This document shows, piece after piece, positions 13,057 to 27,029 of a stretch of DNA of 64,000 nucleotides. The notes under the pieces were generated by a model. It was given only the letters and a program-made list of their open reading frames with translations. It made no database searches and was not told the origin of the DNA. The position numbers were made by a program, and so were the translations under genes. The stretch lies in contig OX597814.1 in the NCBI GenBank assembly GCA_951406725.2, forward strand, positions 190,712,001-190,776,000, given 5' to 3'. Position 1 is the stretch's first letter. Each line of letters starts with the position of its first letter. The stretch is from Octopus vulgaris (Eukaryota).

Positions 13057-13929
13057 ACTACTTTCTTCTTACACACATGCACTCATACACCTAAACCCCT
13101 GTTATCACATATTTCCATCAATGAAAATATTTTTCAAAATATTCCCTAGGCTGATTTAGGGTTTTTAAAGATATCTAACAGTTTATTTCTCACTTCCTTT
13201 CTATACTGAATCAGTTCTTAGTCAATCCTACCCACAAGACTTATGCTAGACAGCCTGACTATAACATCTATGGTACCTGCTTCACTTTCAGGTTTGAGGA
13301 AAATCAGTACCGGTAATAAACTGGATTAAGTCATTCAACTATAATCTTTACAAAAAGTAAAATGGCAATACTTTGAGAAATCAATGACAACCATTGTTTA
13401 CAAGTGAGTATGACATGATATCATCACCATCATCATCATCATCATTTAACATCTGCCTTCCATGCTAGCATGAGTTGGACGATTTTGACTGAGGGCTGGC
13501 AAACCAGATGGCTGCACCAGGCTCCAATCTTGATTTGCAGAGTTTCTACAGCTGGATGCCCTTCCTAACACCAACCGCTCTGAGAAAATCCACTTTTCCA
13601 TGCTGCTATGGCACAGACAGAGTTTACTGAGGCAGATTTTCTGTGACTAGATGTCCTTGTTGTAGTCAACCTTTATCTGTTTTCAAGCAAGGTACTATCT
13701 GCTTGTGACCACACATGCTTTTGCAGAATATTCAAAATGAATGACATTCATTTATGATAGACATGTGATGCCAAGACAAGACGACACAAACGCACATACA
13801 TATGTCCGTCAATTGTCAAAAAGTCAGAATAAAAGCAACCTCTAAAAGAAATTTTGAGCAATTATACTTTTATATATTTGAGAAGAATAACCTTGGTTAT
13901 GGCATATAACCAGTTAGAAAGTTACCATT

Positions 13930-14317
13930 GGCACAGGAGTGGCTGTGTGGTAAATAGCTTGCTTACCAACAATATGATTCCGGGTTCAGTCCCACTGTGT
14001 GATACCTTGGGCAAGTGTCTTCTACTTTAGCCTTGGGCTGACCAAGGCCATGTGAGTGAATTTGGTAGACAGAAACTGAAAGAAGCCCGTCGTATATATG
14101 TGTATATGTGTGTGCGTGTGTTTGTGTATCTGTGTTTGTCTCCCCAACATTGCTGGTGTGTTTACGTCCCCATAACTTAGCGGTTCAGCAAAAGAGACCG
14201 ATAGAATAAGTACTAGGCTTGCAAAGAATAAGTCCTGGGGTCGATTTGCTCAACTGAAGGCGGTGCTCCAGCATGGCCGCAGTCAAATGACCGAAACAGG
14301 TAAAAAAGTAAAAGAGT
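13930..14317 (+). mobile_element. SINE family A
   Basis: Full head, body and tail match to 1547-1965. Confidence 0.85.
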
Positions 14318-15430
14318 ATTTGGTTTCACATCTACTGTTACACAGGGCAATATAGATGACTCATGAAACACAATAACCAGAAGCATATAGCCTCTTAGTA
14401 ACTGGAATAACCGAGGATATATGACTCAAAATACATAATACGTAATATATATCATCATCATTTAACATCTGTTTTCCATGGTTTGGCCGGTTTGACTGAA
14501 GCTGATAAGGCCATTGTCTATTTTGGCCTGGTTTCTATAGCTAGATGCCCTTCCTGATGCCAACCACTCCACGGAGTATATAGGGTGCTTTTTATGTGAT
14601 ACCAGTACCAGTGCTTTTAACATGGTACCAGCATGATCTATACATATGACAGGTTTCTTTCAGTTTCTATCAATGAAATCCACTCACAAGGTTTTGGTTG
14701 GCCCAGAGCTGTCATAAAGAAACTTGCCTAAGGTATCACACAATGGGGCTAAACTCAAAACAATGTGGTTATGAAGAACAACCTTCTTAGTCATACAGCC
14801 AAGCCTGAACTCACATGATCTGGGGGTTTGCTCTGAACTGCACAGCACTTTAGGTAAGCATCTTTTGCCATAGTCCATGGGTCGGCCAAATTTGTATCAG
14901 TGAAACACTGATGGTCTAATTAATTGTGAGAGTAAGATGACCACAGTTACTTAATATTCAAGAATACTTTTAATTCATGCTTCAGTATCCAAAACCAAAT
15001 CTGAAGTTGTTGCTATTGTTATTTAGCTCTTAGGTTAGTTATGACTGAGCAGACTTATGAACAATGGCATTCCAGCTATGACCATCCCATTTTATTAACT
15101 AAGACTTTATTAGACAATATGTAGCTTCTTTTTTTAAAAAGGTAGCATGTGACTTAAAGGAGATTTAGCTGCTATTTCTATGAGGCTGAACAACTGACTA
15201 TGCAGAGGCTCCCTCAAAAGTGAGCTGCAAAGAGCAGCCATAACCAACCAATCTTCTAAGACTTCATTATTTAATGTACCTTTTCCTTTTTCTAAAGAAT
15301 GTAGCTTGTCACTTAAAGATTTAGCTGCTATTTCTGCAAGGTTGAACAACTAACCACAAAAAGGCTCCCCAAAATTGAACTGCAAAGAATGACAATACAT
15401 TATACATTAACATGGACAACTATCTTATAT

Positions 15431-15570
15431 ACTGTAGTGTCTGGGGAGAGTCATTTTCTTTTTGTGCCTTATAATTTAACACACTCACCGGTAAAATTTC
15501 CACTTATTTCTTATTTTTATTTTCCTAAAATTTTCATTGAGTCTTGCAACCTTTTCAATAGTCTTGACTC
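15431..15570 (-). mobile_element. Second copy of the UUGAAAA hammerhead repeat
   Basis: Direct similarity to 12751-12892. Confidence 0.65.
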
Positions 15571-16866
15571 TGTCCGTTATTTACACTGCATTTTTTTTTT
15601 GTTTGTTTGTGCACATGTGTGTGGGGTCAGTGTATGTGTGTGTGTACCTATGCATGCATGCATGTAATTATGTATGTATGTACGTATGTATGTATGTATG
15701 TAGGTATGTGTGTATGTATGTATGTATGTATGTATGTATGTATGTATGTGTGTATGTATGTATGCATGTGTGTGTATGTATACATGTGTGTATGTATATG
15801 TATATATGTATGTATGTGTGTGCATCTGTATGTATGTATTCTGCATATTCATATGCTTGCCTGTCCGTGTTTGTGTATTTTTTATGTATGTGTGTGTGAG
15901 CATGTGTTTGTATATGTATGCACCTCTGTCTCCTTGTGTGTGCATGTCTGTGTGTGTGTGTGTATGTGTGTGTTTTGCAACTATGTACCATGTTTGTATG
16001 TATGGATGTGCATCTCTATATGTGTGGACCCGTATTCTCCATATGTGTTTCCTTGTGTGGAGTAAAGTGTATGTGCATATATGGTCATGTGTTTCAGTCT
16101 TCATTTGCGTATGTGTGCTTGTCTGTTCATATAACCTATGTACCTAAGAATATGCTTCAATACATGAATTCATATAAAGAATCTTGCAAACCAAATCCAA
16201 AAACAAAATATCTTATATAAGTTATGTAGCAGGTTTTTAGCGAAATGCCGATTCAAAGCAATTGATGAGAGTAGTGGGGGACCACTAACATAGATCAGGG
16301 GTTTATGAACCATCTGTATGTTTACTATAGTTACTCTAATAAATGAGGTGGGGTGAGGTGGGGGGGGTATATTTTCTTCTTGCTGTTGCCTGAGGTCCTT
16401 ATTGTCATGGCGACCATTGTAACTATGAATAAGAACCTTCAAAACATCCACAGCTAACACGCGAAACACAAATCAATCAACCAGTTAAATCCCTGCAGAG
16501 AGGTGAAAGGGATAAAAAAAAAAGGCAAATATTACTAACATGGTGATATAGAAATGAAGACATACTATTTATCATTGAACATAAACTGATGATAAAAAGG
16601 GAAGAAATAAAAGGATAAAAATGAAGTAATCTCAATATCAAAAAGACATAATAACAGAAGAAAATAACAGTTAAAAAACAAAAAATTTTAATCTTTAGCA
16701 TCAGCAATGGGGTTTCTGAGGAGATACTTAATCTGCTAGAAATAGCAGCCAAATTTCCCTCAAACTATACTCTTCGTTATAAGTAAGGACACAATGACAA
16801 CAGGAATGATCAGTATTTACATTATTTGCATTTGACAGATATTTGTCTTCATCTTGTTTGTTGTTA

Positions 16867-16910
16867 ACATAACGTTTCAGCTGATATACCTTCCAGCCTT
16901 CTTCAGGTGT
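16867..16910 (-). ncRNA. Minimal type I hammerhead ribozyme within a repeat spanning ~16810-16960
   Basis: acac-CTGAAGA-aggctg gaaggtatat cagct-GAAAC-GTT-atgt; family recurs at 25410-25535. Confidence 0.65.
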
Positions 16911-18499
16911 CTTGGGGAAATTTCGAACCTGGGTTCTCATTCCTAAGGTATTTTTCGATGTTGTTGTTATTATTATTATTATTATTATTCAGGTCACTGC
17001 TTCAAATCGAACTCGGAATCTTGGGGTTAGTAGCCCGCGCTCTTAACCACTAAGCCATATGCTGGTGGGCATATGGTGTAGTGCATTTGAATAATGTAGT
17101 CCTGAATACATTATGTATGAGAATAAGATGAAATGGTCATGGCTGGAAAACATTTCATCATAGGGTATCCTCAATCAAAACTTAACACAAAACTAAAGAA
17201 CATTTTTTTTTTTATGGTTTAATCAGAGGAAGAACAGCAGTGCCAATGATCCACCTAGTAGTTTCGGGCCTTCACAACAGGTGGGGAAGCAAATGTGCTC
17301 AAACCAGAAACTTGGACCAAATACTCATAACAGGGAGGATTCAGCTAAAAGCACCCTAAGATGATGTTAAACCAGATGACATTAGAACATGGCTATTTCA
17401 ATAGTATTATATGTCAATGTCTCTGAGCAAAGCAATAATTATATAGGAACCAAAGGAATGATCATATTTTTTATCTGAGGTTTTTCTTAATCAGCATTAC
17501 CAACAAGGCAACCTCTACACTAATGGTTCTCAACCATCTTTTACCTATGGACCCCTTTGATTCCTATTTTACTCGGGTGGACCCTCGGACCCATTTGATG
17601 TTTTAAAAATTCTATTACACTTTACGCCACCTGACTAGCATCCGTGTCGGTGACACGTAAAAAGGCCAACCGATCGTGGCTGTTCGCCAGCCTCCTCTGG
17701 CCCCAGTGCTGGCGGCACATAAAAAGCACCCACTACACTCACGGGGTGGTTGGCATTAGGAAGGGCATCAAGCTGTAGAAACACTGCCAGATCAGACTGG
17801 AACCTGGCACAGCCGCCTGGCTTCCCAGACTCTGGTCGAACCGTCCAACCCATGCTAGCATGGAAAACGGACATTAAACGATGATGATGATGATGTACAT
17901 CCAATGTGTTGTTTGTGATAGACTATCTACCTATTATTTCTTTCCTACTCTCAGCGCTTTCATACATTTTAAAAGCATCCTTGTCATAAAAACATCTTCA
18001 AATCAGGGAAAAAAAATCAAACCAAATCTATAAATCTATATACGCTAAAAAGAAAACAAGGAAACAGCAGATTAAATATTGCAGGATTGAGTGGTTTTAA
18101 GAAACTAGTTATCAGCTAAAAGTAAAGATACAATTAGGCTCTATTATATATATTTAATTTCATATATAAAATCTTTGTGCACAGCTATATAAGTATACCA
18201 ATCACTATTATGTTTACTTGATCTGGGTTGCCTGGTGAATAAGGGAGTGGGGATTCAACTGAATGAAAAAGAAGACAAAAAAGCCATCACTAGTAAGACA
18301 GTGTTGAACAAAAGGACCCATGAGGTTGTGCTGTCAGTGCTATAGCAACAGTTCCCAGGAAAGCTAGTGGTGTTGGTAATATATGCAGGTGGATGTTGAA
18401 TGTAGAAATACAAAGGGAACTTAACTGGGTGAATGTGAAGGACAGCTAACACTTGGTACATGGATGGCAAACTACAAAGGCAGATCCATACACATGCAT

Positions 18500-18501
18500 A
18501 T

Positions 18502-18544
<43 letters not shown>

Positions 18545-18571
18545 AACACATCCATATATATACACACACAC

Positions 18572-18604
<33 letters not shown>

Positions 18605-18623
18605 TACATATACACATATATAC

Positions 18624-18654
<31 letters not shown>

Positions 18655-18943
18655 TATACACACACATACATATATATAGACACATACGTACATAAATACA
18701 CACGCATACATACATCTATATATCCATACATATATATATACACACATACATATATATACATATATACCACATATACATATATATACATATATACCACATA
18801 TACATATATATACACATATACATATATACACACATATACATATATACAAATATATATATACATATATACACATATACACATATACATATATATATACATA
18901 TATACACATATACATATATATATATATATACATATATACACAT

Positions 18944-18976
<33 letters not shown>

Positions 18977-19701
18977 TATATACACATATACATATATATA
19001 TATATACATATATACACATATACACATATACATATATATATATATATATACATATATACACATATACATATATATATATATACATATATACACATATACA
19101 TATATATACATATATACACATATACATATATATATATATATACATATATACATATATACATATATATACACATATACATATATATACATATATACACATA
19201 TACATATATACACATATACATATATATATATACACATATACATATATATATATATATACATATATATACATATACATATATATATATACATATATACACA
19301 TATACATATATATATATACATATATACACATATACATATATACATATATATATATATATACATATATACACATATACATATATACACACATATATATATA
19401 TACATATATACACACACATATATATACATATACACATATAGACACACATACATATATATATATGTATTTATATACACACATATATATATATGTATTTATA
19501 TACACACATACATATATATATATATGTATTTATATACACATACATATATATATATATGTATTTATATACACACATATATATATATATATGTATTTATATA
19601 CATATATATATATATATATGTATTTATATACATACATATATATATACACACACATATATATATAAATATATATACACACATACATATATATGTATATATA
19701 C

Positions 19702-19732
<31 letters not shown>

Positions 19733-19750
19733 TGTATGTATGTATGTATT
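18500..19750. repeat. Compound (TA)n/(CA)n/(TATG)n microsatellite
   Basis: Visible directly; source of the long YIYI ORFs. Confidence 0.95.
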
Positions 19751-19984
19751 ATGTAAAAGTGTCATAAGTCCAAAACATTGCTTTTTCAGAAAACAAAAGA
19801 ATAGTTTCACCATTCCATAGCAAAACTGTTGTACTACACTCAGGCAATTTTTGATATCTTGGCATCTGAAGCAGCTGGAGATACTATAGTCTCACCAAAA
19901 GAACCAGCTATTGCAAAAAAAAATGAATATTGAAAACATGCTTTTGGCCAAATTTGGACATATGACAGTTTAACATAATAGCAA

Positions 19985-20020
<36 letters not shown>

Positions 20021-20023
<3 letters not shown>

Positions 20024-20910
20024 TTCAGTAAAATTTAGATTCAGATGAATATGGTACTTAAGTTAAAAGTACCAGAATTTAGTATGGTATTATCCATATA
20101 ATTCAAAATGGGGTGATTATAATGAAAATAAGCAACAAGGATATCCAGGGGTAATGCAGTACGATCGTTTCATGCGACTCCATTTAATTGAACAATGCAA
20201 ACATTACTTCAATTTTAAAATATAGAACAATCTTCAGCTGCATAAAAATATAGAATTTAGTTAAACTCAAGGACTTATTTGTATAATTTTCTTTATATCG
20301 AAAACCAGTAGATAGGCAAAGAACCAACACAGTTGTAACTGAGATTTTTTCAAAAGAAGACACTGCTTATCACTGATTATTTCTGTTATTCAGATTTACT
20401 AATGGGGGGGCGGCTAGTTTTAATTTATAGACTAGTTTATCAAATCTAAGAGAAACTAGAATATATCCTTTATGGATAGGGTAAAATAGATAGACAATTT
20501 AAGTGGCAGAGTCATAAATCAAGATTTCTTTGAAGTAAAACCATTAGGTTCAGTAAGAATACACTTCAGACAAGAATATAGTAGTTAAGTTTGCAGGCTG
20601 ATGCTAATGGGGTAGGGAGAGTGAAATCATTCAGTATTAAACATTTACCTACTATAAAAACAATGTTATTTGTATATACACAGATACATTTTAGAGTTAT
20701 TCTAAAGAGCACTAAGAAGAATATTTCTGAATACATTCAGTATTATCAAAGAATTTTACACAATAGAAGGACAAAAAATATAGAAATAATTCTATACTTA
20801 TATATTTCTATACTATCTTAACATATATTTATAGTTATTTATCAAATGGTAGTTATTGGTATTAATAAAGGAAAGTTAAGTTAAAGGAGTCTTAAAATTT
20901 ATATATCAAA
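20021..20910 (-). mobile_element. AT-rich non-coding Penelope-like element with a hammerhead near the (TA)n-abutting end
   Basis: Hammerhead at 20154-20243 (atgcag-CTGAAGA-~59 nt-GAAAC gatc GTA-ctgcat); body homologous to 32360-33050. Confidence 0.65.
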
Positions 20911-20916
20911 TATTAA

Positions 20917-21350
20917 TCATCATCATCATCATCATCATCGTTTAACGTCCGTTTTCCGCGCTAGCACAGGTTGGACGGTTCGACCGGGGTCTGGGAAGCC
21001 AGGGGCTGCACCAGGCTCCAGTCTGATCTGGCAGAGTTTCTACAGCTGGATGCCCTTCCTAACGCCAACCACTCCGCGAGTGTAGTGGGTGCTTTTTACG
21101 TGCCACCTGCACAGGTGCCAGGAGGGTCCGGCATCGGCCACGATTGGTTGGAGCTTTTAACGTGCCACTGGCACGGAAGCCAGCCAAGGCGGAGCTGGCA
21201 ACGGCCACGTTCGGATGGTGCTTTTTATGTGCCACCGGCACAGAATCCAGTCGGGGCGGCGCTGGCAACGGCCACGTTCGGATGGTGCTTTTTATGTGCC
21301 ACCGGCACAGAAGCCAGTCGAGGCAGCGCTGGCAACGGCCACGTACGGAT
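20917..21350 (-). mobile_element. RTE 3' UTR with ~57-bp tandem subrepeats
   Basis: Repeated ggtgctttttatgtgccaccggcac units and (CAT)n on the + strand. Confidence 0.85.
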
Positions 21351-22589
21351 TAATATCAAACTAAAATTATTAATACATATATATGCATGTAGAATTGACC
21401 CATACTACTCAAGAAGACCCATACTCCACAGAAGAAATGTTCATCCCAGTCCCTCTGGTGGTGAAATGCTCTTATAGCAGTCCCACATAAGGGCACCTGC
21501 GCAGCGTCACATAAAATCACCCAGCACACTCTATAAAGTGGTTGGTGTTATGAAGGGTATCCAGCTGTAGAAACCATGCCAAATGTAACTGGAACCTGGT
21601 GCAGCTCCCCATCTTGCCAGTTCTGGCCAAACCATCCAACCTATTCCAGCATGGACAACAAATGATAATGATGATATATATATATATAGATATAGGTTTC
21701 AAATTTTGGCACAAGTCCAGTAATTTCGGGGTGGGAGAGATAAGTCGATTACATCCACCCCGGTGCTCAACTGGTACTTATTTTATCAACCCCGAATGGA
21801 TGAAAGGCAAATTTAACTTCAGCAGAATTTGAACTCAGAACACGAAGACAGATGAAATGCCAGTAAGTGTTTTGCCCAGTATGCTAATGGTTCTGTCAGT
21901 GCGACATCTTATATATATATAGATATGTATATATATGTATATATATACATGTGTGTGTGTGTATTTTATATAAATATATATATATATATATTTATAAAAT
22001 TCATAAATGAGGGCAAAGGAAAAAAATTCTAATGCCAAATATACCGAAAAATTGGACATATTGTCCATTAACCATATAATTTTTTCACAATACGCACGCT
22101 ACTCGAAAAAAGGTCGACAGAAATCTCTAAAAAATTCCATTATTACCATATCGGACCGATTTCATATATATAGGTGTAGGAGTGGCTGTGTGGTAAGTAG
22201 CTTGCTTCCCAACTACATGGTTCCGGGTTCAGTCCCACTGCGTGGCACCTTGGGCAAGTTTCTTCTACTATAGGTTCAGGCTGACCAAAGGCTTGTGAGT
22301 GGATTTGGTAGACAGAAATTGAGAGAAGCCCGTCATATATATATATGTATGTATATGTTTGTGTGTCTGTGTTTGTCCCCCCACTATCGCTTGACAACTT
22401 AGTGGTTCAGCAAAAAGAGACCAATAGGCTTACAAAGAGTAGGTCCTGGAGTCAATTTATTCGACTACAGGTGGTGCCCCAGTATGGCCACAGTCAAATG
22501 GCCGAAAAGCGTAAAACAGTATATATATGTATATATATATACTTGCTTTTCACCATGTGTAACTCCTAATACCAGTCGTTTTTTTTTTT

Positions 22590-22774
22590 TTTTTTTTTTC
22601 TCTATCTCCGTTGCCCGCTCCGGGATCTTTCTTTCCTCTCTCTTCCTTCTTTATGTTTCCGACGAAGAGCTCTGCTCGAAACGTCATACCTCCCTGCTTC
22701 CATTTCCTGAGCGCCTATTAATAATAATACTGTAATTGTTCCTTTGTTGTTGTTTTTTGTTTCCCGTTTGGATT

Positions 22775-22825
<51 letters not shown>

Positions 22826-23068
22826 TGTATGTGTGTATGTATGTGTATGTATATGAATGTATGTTTGTGTATGTATGTATATATATATAGTTAATCAAAA
22901 AAACAACAAGAGGATGTGGTACATGCAAAGTATTAAGATGCTCAGAGAAGGAAAGGAAGGGTGTTTTACATTTCAAGCAATGCTCTTATTCAGAAACAAG
23001 AGACAGAGGAAAGTCCAAGAGAAAGGAAAGACGGAGGAAAAAAATCTCGCCAACAGTTCACATGTGGT
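22590..23068. mobile_element. Inverted pair (tails inward) of a hammerhead-bearing repeat
   Basis: + motif gttt-CCGACGA-agagc tct gctc-GAAAC-GTC at 22655-22690; degraded minus copy ~22960-22997; same family at 31111-31547, ~36005-36120 and 49680-49880. Confidence 0.75.
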
Positions 23069-23561
23069 TATATCCACATACATGCATCTGTCTTTATGCA
23101 TATGGAGTAAATGAATTCCAAAGTGAAGGAAACAGGAGTACTTTTGAAAGAATCGTTATTTTAGCATATAATGGAGAAAGCTGTCTACATCAATTGTGCA
23201 GAAAATGTTCACGTCTTTGGGAATAATTATCAGGCAATCTTACACTCTCATAATAGATGTGCTTGTCCTTTAGAAGAAATAATTACTGTCGTGTGTATTT
23301 GTGTGACAATAACATACATGCACCATTGATTTACTAATATTAATATATATGTTAAAGGAAAGAATAACTTATAATCTCATAATCTCATGCATATAAAGAG
23401 AATATTTTTCTCCTATATGAAAATTAAAATCACACATATGTTTATATGTAGATTTATATACATATATTTATGTTTATATGCACATATATATATATATATA
23501 TATATTTCCACTTTAATAATTAGTTGTTTATAAGTAAATTCTATTCTTTTTTCAAATATAC

Positions 23562-23603
<42 letters not shown>

Positions 23604-24615
23604 TTGACTGTAGCCATGCTGGAGTACTGCCTTTAGTCGAACAAATCGACCCCAGGACTTATTCTATCAGTCTCTTTTGCCGAACTGCTAAGTTATGGAG
23701 ACTTAAACACACCACCATCAATTGTCAAGCGATCTTGGTGGGACAAACACAGACACACGAACATATACACACACACATATATATATACATATGTACGACA
23801 GGCTTCTTTCAGTTTCCATCTACCAAATCTACTCACAAGGCTCTGGTCAGCCCGAGGCTAGAGTAGAAGACACTTGCCCAAGATGCCACACAGTGAGAAT
23901 GAACCTGGAACCATGAGGTTCGTAAGCAAGCTTCTTACCACACACACACACAGACACAAAAAAAAACACATAAATACACATATAGGAATGACTGAGTGGT
24001 AAGGAGCTTGCCTCTGAACCACATGGTTCCAGGTTCAGTCCCACTGTATGGCATCTTGGGCAAGCGTCTTCTACTACAGCCTCGGGCTGACCAAAGCCTT
24101 ACAAGTGGATTTGGTAGACAGAAACTGAAAGAAGCCCATAGTGTGTGTGTGTTTGTCCTACCATTAATGCTTGACAACTGATGTTGGTGCATTTACATCC
24201 CCATAACCTAGCAGTTTGGCACAAGAGACCAATAGAATAAGTACTAGGCTTACAAAGAATAAGTCCTGGGGTTGATTTGTTTGACTAAAGACAGTGCTCC
24301 AGTATGGCCACAGTCAAATGACTGAAACAAATAAAAGAATAAAAGAAGATATCTATACATTTATAATTATAATATACATCTATATACTTTTCTACACACA
24401 CACACACACACACATACATACATACACACACACACATTCATATAAATAAGGATAAGATTGTTATTTAAAATACCAATCATATCAGGTGGCTAGCATGGGA
24501 ATAAAAATCTCATAGGTAATACACACACATATCCATACAGATGTACATATGTGTGTGTGTGTATACACATTTATATATGTATATAAATGTATATATACAT
24601 ATATATACATACACA

Positions 24616-24664
<49 letters not shown>

Positions 24665-24724
24665 TTTTAAAATATAAATATATGAAAGAATGGAGCTGAA
24701 CGACGAATTAACAAAATTCCTTTA

Positions 24725-24807
24725 TTTTCGACATATGTTTCGAAGGCTGCATATTCCTAATTGCGAAGGAATAAGGAGTACATTATGCCACTTTCTCATC
24801 AGGAAAA
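24725..24807 (-). ncRNA. Type I hammerhead ribozyme with canonical core and expanded stem II
   Basis: ttttc-CTGATGA-(gaaagtggcata...tgcagccttc)-GAAAC-atat-GTC-gaaaa; palindromic stem III ACATATGT. Confidence 0.75.
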
Positions 24808-25409
24808 GCAAGGAACTTATATATATATATCTATATATATATATATATAAAATATATATGTGCTGGCAATGGGTTGGACAGCTCCTGTCAAATCATCCAA
24901 CATATGCCAGCATTGAAAACAGACACTAAATGATGATAACAATGATGAAGATGATATAATGATAAGGATGAAATGAATGGTGTATCAGGTAATACAACAC
25001 ATATCCATATCGAATCGTATTTAGGACACAGATATATTATATCATTTGGCATGTAACAATATGCAACATCATGAAACACACAAATCAAATTTTTTAGGTG
25101 ATATACCTCTAGAAGTTCAGTGACACACATACACACACACACATATTGGGTCATCCTATAAATAATTTAGTCTTTTTATACTTCTTTTAATTTTCAAAAT
25201 TAAGATAAACAATGTTCTTACTTAATCATCATCATCATCGTTTAGCGTCCGTTTTCCATGCTAGCATGAGTTGGACGGTTCAACTGGGGTCTGTGAAGCC
25301 TTCTGGCTTCATCAGGCCCAGTCAGATCTGGCAGTGTTTCTACGGCTGGATGCCCTTCCTTAATCTAAAATATATTCTGTATTTTAGAGATGAGGAATTC
25401 TGTGCATAA

Positions 25410-25800
25410 TTTACATTGGACGGATACATGTCCTCATCTTGTTTGTTGTTACTACGTTGTGGCTGATTTAACCTTCAGCCTTCATCAGGTGTCCTGGTGG
25501 AATTTTGAACCCAACCCTAGGTTCTCGTTTCTAAGGGTTCAGGACATCCATATACCACACTAAGCATGGCTACAGGACATCCGTATACCGCAAGCCAACC
25601 TTCACTGGACGATGCCTAAACTTCAATTCCCACTGTCCATACAGTGTAAAGAGAGGGATTGCTCAGTGCCTAAAACATGGAGCAAAGAATATAAATAGCG
25701 ATCCTGATACACACCACCATATTAGGAATGAGAACCCAGAGTTGGGTTCAAAATTCCACCAGGACACCTGATGAAGTGAACCACGAAACTGTCGGTTCTT
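25410..25800. mobile_element. Inverted hammerhead-bearing arms separated by a ~185-bp spacer
   Basis: 25483-25535 is the reverse complement of 25722-25774; + core CTGATGA-agtg aac cac-GAAAC-t-GTC at 25768-25793. Confidence 0.65.
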
Positions 25801-27029
25801 GAGAGGGGGAGAGAGGACGAAATGGTGAAAGTATATATGGTCCTTGGTTTGCAAGAATTAGCGGCCCAAACAGCTTTGATATCACAGTCTACCCCCTTAA
25901 AACAGGAAGGATGCTATTGATAATATACATCTGGGAATATTATGCCTGAACAAAGAAACAAAGTCATGAAGATCGTGACTGGAACGCCTTATGAGTATTT
26001 GTTTTCTGCTCGATCGCGACTCAGCTGGAGCTAACACAAATTTCCCTAACAGCTGTTTCAGATCAGTCATCGATCGACAATAAGATCTTTTATACTTTCC
26101 ATTTACAACTAGGATGCATTACAGGAATATAATAATAATCGATACAGTACTTAGCTTGTACATTATTTCATCAGCCTTCGGAAGGATGAAAGGTAAAGTC
26201 ATCTTTGGACAGATTTGTACTCAGAAAGTAAAAAACCTTAAATACCACAAGGTATTTTGTCCGACACTCTAACGGTCTGCCTTTATGGGTTGAAATTAGG
26301 AAACGAAACAAAATCACTAGAATCCCTTTAAGGTTTAAAGACGTTATAAATTTCTATTAAAACTAATTAAAAATTACTTGAAATAGGCGGTCTATTACTA
26401 TTTTTTATGAAGTTTTTAGAAGTTTGTGTGTTGCCTTCTAGTCAAGAAACCGAACAAAAAAAACTTCGTTTGTTGTGAGAAAACATATTTCATTAAATCA
26501 TATATACATATATTGTTACGGGATGGTTGCAAGGGAACGCCTTTGATCTAAGGTTAGTTCAACCAGAACTGACCTGGGGCTTAACAACAACATTATTAAT
26601 TCGTGTTAGGGAAACCCTTTTTAAAAATCTACACAGCTTTGACAGCACAATTACAAAATAAATACGTCACTTCAGGTGTTTGCACACAAAAAAAAAAAAA
26701 ATTCCGAGATTCTTTCAGTTTTATTTTATAAATATTCCATGAAAATTAGGATTTGAATTGAAGGAGATAGTTGAAATACTTTTATAACTCGGTGGTCGTA
26801 GTAGCCAATAGAAGAAATCATAAATGTTATTATTTACCACAAGGACGGCTAAAGAAATGACATTACAAGGACAATTTACAAAACAGATGAGGGTTGTCGC
26901 AGAATCGATTATGGAAATAAATCACAGCCATGGAAAAACTAAGGGAAACACCCCAAAGGGAGTGGGAAGCCACCTAGGGCTAATCAAGGAACCCTTTCTC
27001 ATAGATCCGGAATTAATAAATACATGCTT

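Noticed and set aside
16170-16469. 99-aa minus-strand ORF with PPPPHP
   Set aside because: Runs into a repeat end, has no domain signal and no convincing splice sites
18255-19820. Long ORFs up to 416 aa (YIYI/HTYI), also at 15.5-16.1, 29.7-30.5, 46.3-47.5 and 53 kb
   Set aside because: Translations of stop-free TA/CA/TATG microsatellites
21085-21350. Repeat-spacer-like array resembling CRISPR
   Set aside because: The spacers are similar to each other, the array is part of the RTE 3' UTR, the context is eukaryotic and no cas genes are present
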